Assembly (NCBI RefSeq): GCF_000143415.4
Contig: NW_003314264.1
Span: 2,365,710 to 2,429,709 of the forward strand
Source of the DNA: Selaginella moellendorffii
Lineage: Eukaryota; Plantae; Lycopodiophyta
Length of the DNA: 64,000 nucleotides
Direction of reading: 5' to 3'
A model generated the notes under the pieces. That model was not told the DNA's origin. It made no database searches and was given only the letters and a program-made list of their open reading frames with translations. A program made the translations under genes and the position numbers. Position 1 is the stretch's first letter. Each line of letters opens with the position of its first letter. Of the stretch, positions 60,772-64,000 are shown piece after piece.

Positions 60772-61099
60772 TCGATGAGCAATAAATGGATGATAAATGA
60801 AAAGCATTAGTCAATAGAAGTAATTTTGTTTCTGGAACAAGTTCATTACATTATTTGTTATTAGGTGAAGAGTTTTTCATGAAAAAAGACTCACCCATCC
60901 TTTGTGAAAGAAAGAAAAAAAGAAATTAGGGCGAATTAGGTCTCTATAAGGTCGTCCCCGGAGGCAGAGGAGCCGCGATGCTGTGATTGTCAACCGAGCA
61001 GGTATTCTGGTGGCGCCCTTGCCGACAATGCAGCGATCGTCCTAGCGATCGATCGATCGATCGATCGATCGCTCGCTCGCTCCGGAGAAGAGCAGAGAA

Positions 61100-62011
61100 A
61101 TGATCTGGGCAGGATTCGCGTACGCCGCGGGCGCCGCGATCGGCCACAGCTGCATCGATGCCAGCAGGAAATGGGCGTCCCAGCGCTTCTCGGACCGCGA
61201 GCTCGTAGCTCTGGTGGCTCTCCTGGACGCGCTGCTCCTCTCCTCCATGGCGCTCCTCTCCGGCGGCTTCGATCTCTTCTCTTTGACGCGGCTGGACATC
61301 GAGTACGTCGCCGCGCTCCTCGTCACCGCGGCGATCAAGGCTCTGGTGGGGTTCATGTACCAGCGTGCTCTCCACGTCTCCCCTCTCTCGGTCACTGTTC
61401 CTTATCTAGCTTTCACTCCAGTTCTTCTGGTTTTTACGAGCTATGTGATCATCAACGAGCTCCCGAGCTCGCAGGGGCTCATGGGAATCGTGGTGGTCAC
61501 TCTCGGCGGCTACTTCCTCGCGCTGGATCACCCGGCGGAGGTGGAGGTGAAGAAATCCGACGAGTCCCCGGGCAAGATCGTCTCGGTTCTTCCTTTGCTT
61601 CCTTGGAACTCGTCCAAGGCTTGTGACAAGGTCCCAAAGTTTTCCACCGATGGCGATGGTGTCGTGTTGGATCTCAGTGAGAAGAACTCCCCTCCGGTGG
61701 CGATTCCTGGAGGGAATTCTTCCTGGTGGCCACAGATTCAATGGTAAAGATTTCTCTCTTTTTTTTTTCGCTTTTCCTGTTCTAAAGTTTGCAAAAGGGA
61801 AGAGGGGACGCTTCTCATGCTGGGTGTTGCAGCGTTACTGAGCATAAGTAACAGGTTCGTTTTCTCGAGATTCATTTATGGCTTCTCAGCTCCATTGTCT
61901 TTGCAGCCTTGACAAAATGGCTGGTCACTTGGCACCATCGCTTCTCAATTTTGCCGCTCTCCAACGAGGCTTTACGGCCGTTCCCGTGGTTTTATATCTA
62001 CTTGTCACAAG
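61100..62011 (+). CDS. EamA/DMT-family transporter, 5' exons only (3' part replaced by duplicated segment)
   Basis: Multiple TM helices, 'YQRALHVSPLSVTVPYLAFTPVLL...INELPSSQGLMGIVVVTLGGY', second repeat begins 'LLMLGVAALLSISNSLDKMA'; exons ~61100-61743, ~61798-61855, 61907-62011. Confidence 0.8.
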
Positions 62012-62060
62012 GTTGGCTTGTTTATCTCTCTCAGGTGATAGCTTAGCTGACTCCTGCGTC

Positions 62061-63545
62061 AATGCTCTTCCGCTGCAGCCGCCGCCACCGCCATCCATCT
62101 CCAACACCCCAGGAGCAGCAACACCCCGATCAAACTTCTCGCTCATGCGGCTCCTCACGCCCCGCTCCGCAAGAACAGTGTCTCTTCCATTGCGATTCAC
62201 GCTATCGTCTTCTTCGTCCGCGTCTCCGTCGTCTTCTTCGTCGACAGGGGCCGCGGCAGTGAGTCCAGATGCCATTAGAGAAAATTTGATCTCGTCATCA
62301 AAGGTAGAACTTTTCTTTCTTTCTTTCATCGTCAACTTTGTCATCTCGTCTTCGCAGGGCAAGCAGATCAAACGCTCCAAGTCGGCGCTCGATGGTCACC
62401 AAAAGGAGAAGAAGCTCACCCGGCTTTACTCCGGAACGTTTCTCGTCAAGCCGACCACTCCTCGTCCTCGTCCCCAGGAAACTTCACAAGCAGACGATGG
62501 AGCCCAAGACACTGACCATGCCAACGACACCCAAGGTACGGAAACTTCCTATGATCAAGTTCATGGAGACCATGGTTCCATGATCTGAAAGTTTCAAAAC
62601 TTTTAGACGGCGAGGACGAGGAGATCCCCGAGGAGGAAGCAGTGTGCCGCATTTGCCTGTGCGATCTGGGCGAGGAGGGCAAGACGCTCAAGCTCGAGTG
62701 TAGCTGCAAAGGGGAGCTGGCGCTGGCTCACGAGGAGTGCGCTCTCAAGTGGTTTGGGATCCGAGGCAACCGCGAGTGCGATGTTTGTGGCCAGGAGGTC
62801 GTCAATCTCCCCGTCACGCTCGTCAGGCTCCAGCAAAACCAAAACAATATCAACGCTGAAACTCAAGTTCTCCAGCAAGCTCAAATGGCGCAAATGAGTG
62901 CTCCCAACAGGTAGATTCGTCTATCTCGCTCTATAGTTTTATAGATTCCATGGTGTTCTTCCAGGATTTGGCATGACGTTCCCGTGCTCGTCATGATCAG
63001 CATGCTCACGTACTTTTGCCTCCTCGAGCAGCTACTGGTGATAATTCTCTGATGATTTCGATTGATTTGCGAAGTTCTTGGATGGATTCTTTGTTGCCTA
63101 CTACAGGTGAGACGAAAGGGCCCTCGAGCATTGATGCTAGCTCTGCCATTCGCCGTCATGTTTGGAATGCTCACTGCCATCACAGGATCAACGCTTGGTA
63201 AGATTTCGTTTCTCTCTCTTTCTCTCGAGCTCCTGTCTGTAACAATAGATTCTTTCGACGCACAGTGAGGCAGCGTTGTATGTGGCTCTTTGCCATCTTT
63301 CAGGTCGGTTTTGTCATACTATTTGCGCATGTTTTCTACAGTTGGGTAAGATCACTCTCTTAAAACTTTTTTAGTTCTTATTTCAAACCATGATCCAGAT
63401 GAAGTTGAACCCAATCTTGTCGATTTCGCTGGCCTGTTTTGCGGGATTCGGATTGTCCATGATCGTGAATGCTCTCCTCCTGGAATGTTGGAGCTGGAGA
63501 ACAAGAGCAGCGCGACAAGAAGACGCAAGCCAAGATATCGTATAA
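62061..63545 (+). pseudogene. 5'-truncated second copy of the RING-CH E3 gene (possible chimera with EamA)
   Basis: Intact RING-CH and TM exons, stop at 63543-63545; lacks the ATG exon and the start of exon 2 seen at 40260-40509. Confidence 0.75.
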
Positions 63546-63986
63546 ATATGTACTGTAATTCTTACACACTTGTTTTGTGATAGAACAAAATGTATGCATC
63601 GCTCGAGCACCTCGATAGCTCAAAAATCTCTTCCACCACCTCATCGTCAAAGCTGTACCACTTTCCATTTGGAAGTTTGATGGTTGCCGTGTAGTGCCCA
63701 TAGTCGGAGTCCCCCATATGGTTAATCAATCCATACAGTTTGTACTCCTGTTCGCAAAGTGTCAAAATCTGTGGAAACTCCACCGTAGTGTCGATCTTCT
63801 CCACACTCCCCGAAGAATCGCACTTAAACCTTGCCAAATGGAGGATTAAATTCCGTGGGAGCTTCCCAAGCTCCAGTTTCTTGACAGCGTCCTTTTGGTT
63901 TCTCTTGCACTTTGGGCAGTGCCAGGAATCCAAAACATCGTCTTTGGTGTACTCCCGGATGCATGATCCCAGAGAAACCGGCTGCG
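62061..63986 (+). repeat. Near-identical direct duplicate of 40510-42427 (3' part of RING-CH gene plus 3' part of USP gene)
   Basis: Collinear from 'aatgctcttcc' to 'gaaaccggctgcg' with scattered SNPs and a ~9-nt intronic indel near 63071. Confidence 0.95.
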
Positions 63987-64000
63987 CCGTCTCATGGACT
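63562..64000 (-). CDS. Second USP copy, C-terminal part (may continue beyond the window)
   Basis: His box 'HMGDSDYGHYTA...WYSFDD' intact; frame open to the window edge ('VHETAQPVSLGSC'). Confidence 0.8.
   Translation of the reverse strand, partial: VHETAQPVSLGSCIREYTKDDVLDSWHCPKCKRNQKDAVKKLELGKLPRNLILHLARFKCDSSGSVEKIDTTVEFPQILTLCEQEYKLYGLINHMGDSDYGHYTATIKLPNGKWYSFDDEVVEEIFELSRCSSDAYILFYHKTSV

Overview
Gene-dense land-plant nuclear DNA with very short (about 45-110 nt) introns, PLS-class PPR genes and Gypsy LTR retrotransposons. This architecture fits the lycophyte Selaginella (inferred, not verified). In order: the end of an LTR with a 12-bp tandem repeat; an AT-rich, heavily C>T/G>A-mutated Athila-like Gypsy relic (gag, RNase H and integrase still readable on the minus strand); a divergent BolA paralogue; an LRR receptor-like protein; BUD32; BolA4; ACX1; two HVA22 genes; PDC; two tandem PPR genes; tRNA-Arg(UCU); a GDSL lipase; an orphan with a possible restriction-endonuclease-like fold; an ABC1K kinase; an intronless SIN3-like gene; a coiled-coil gene; RPS8; a convergent RING-CH E3 ligase / minimal USP deubiquitinase pair; two nested Gypsy elements (43022-53411 containing 44144-49540); GHR (Xi-class GST); organellar RF1; a frameshifted OVATE-like gene; a divergent Dof gene; and an EamA gene cut by a second copy of the RING-CH/USP pair. 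The most unusual signal is about 340 nt of back-to-back hairpins with two tRNA T-arm/B-box motifs (48031-48370) lying where RNase H and integrase are missing in the younger inner retrotransposon. All calls were made by eye; no searches or folding programs were run.
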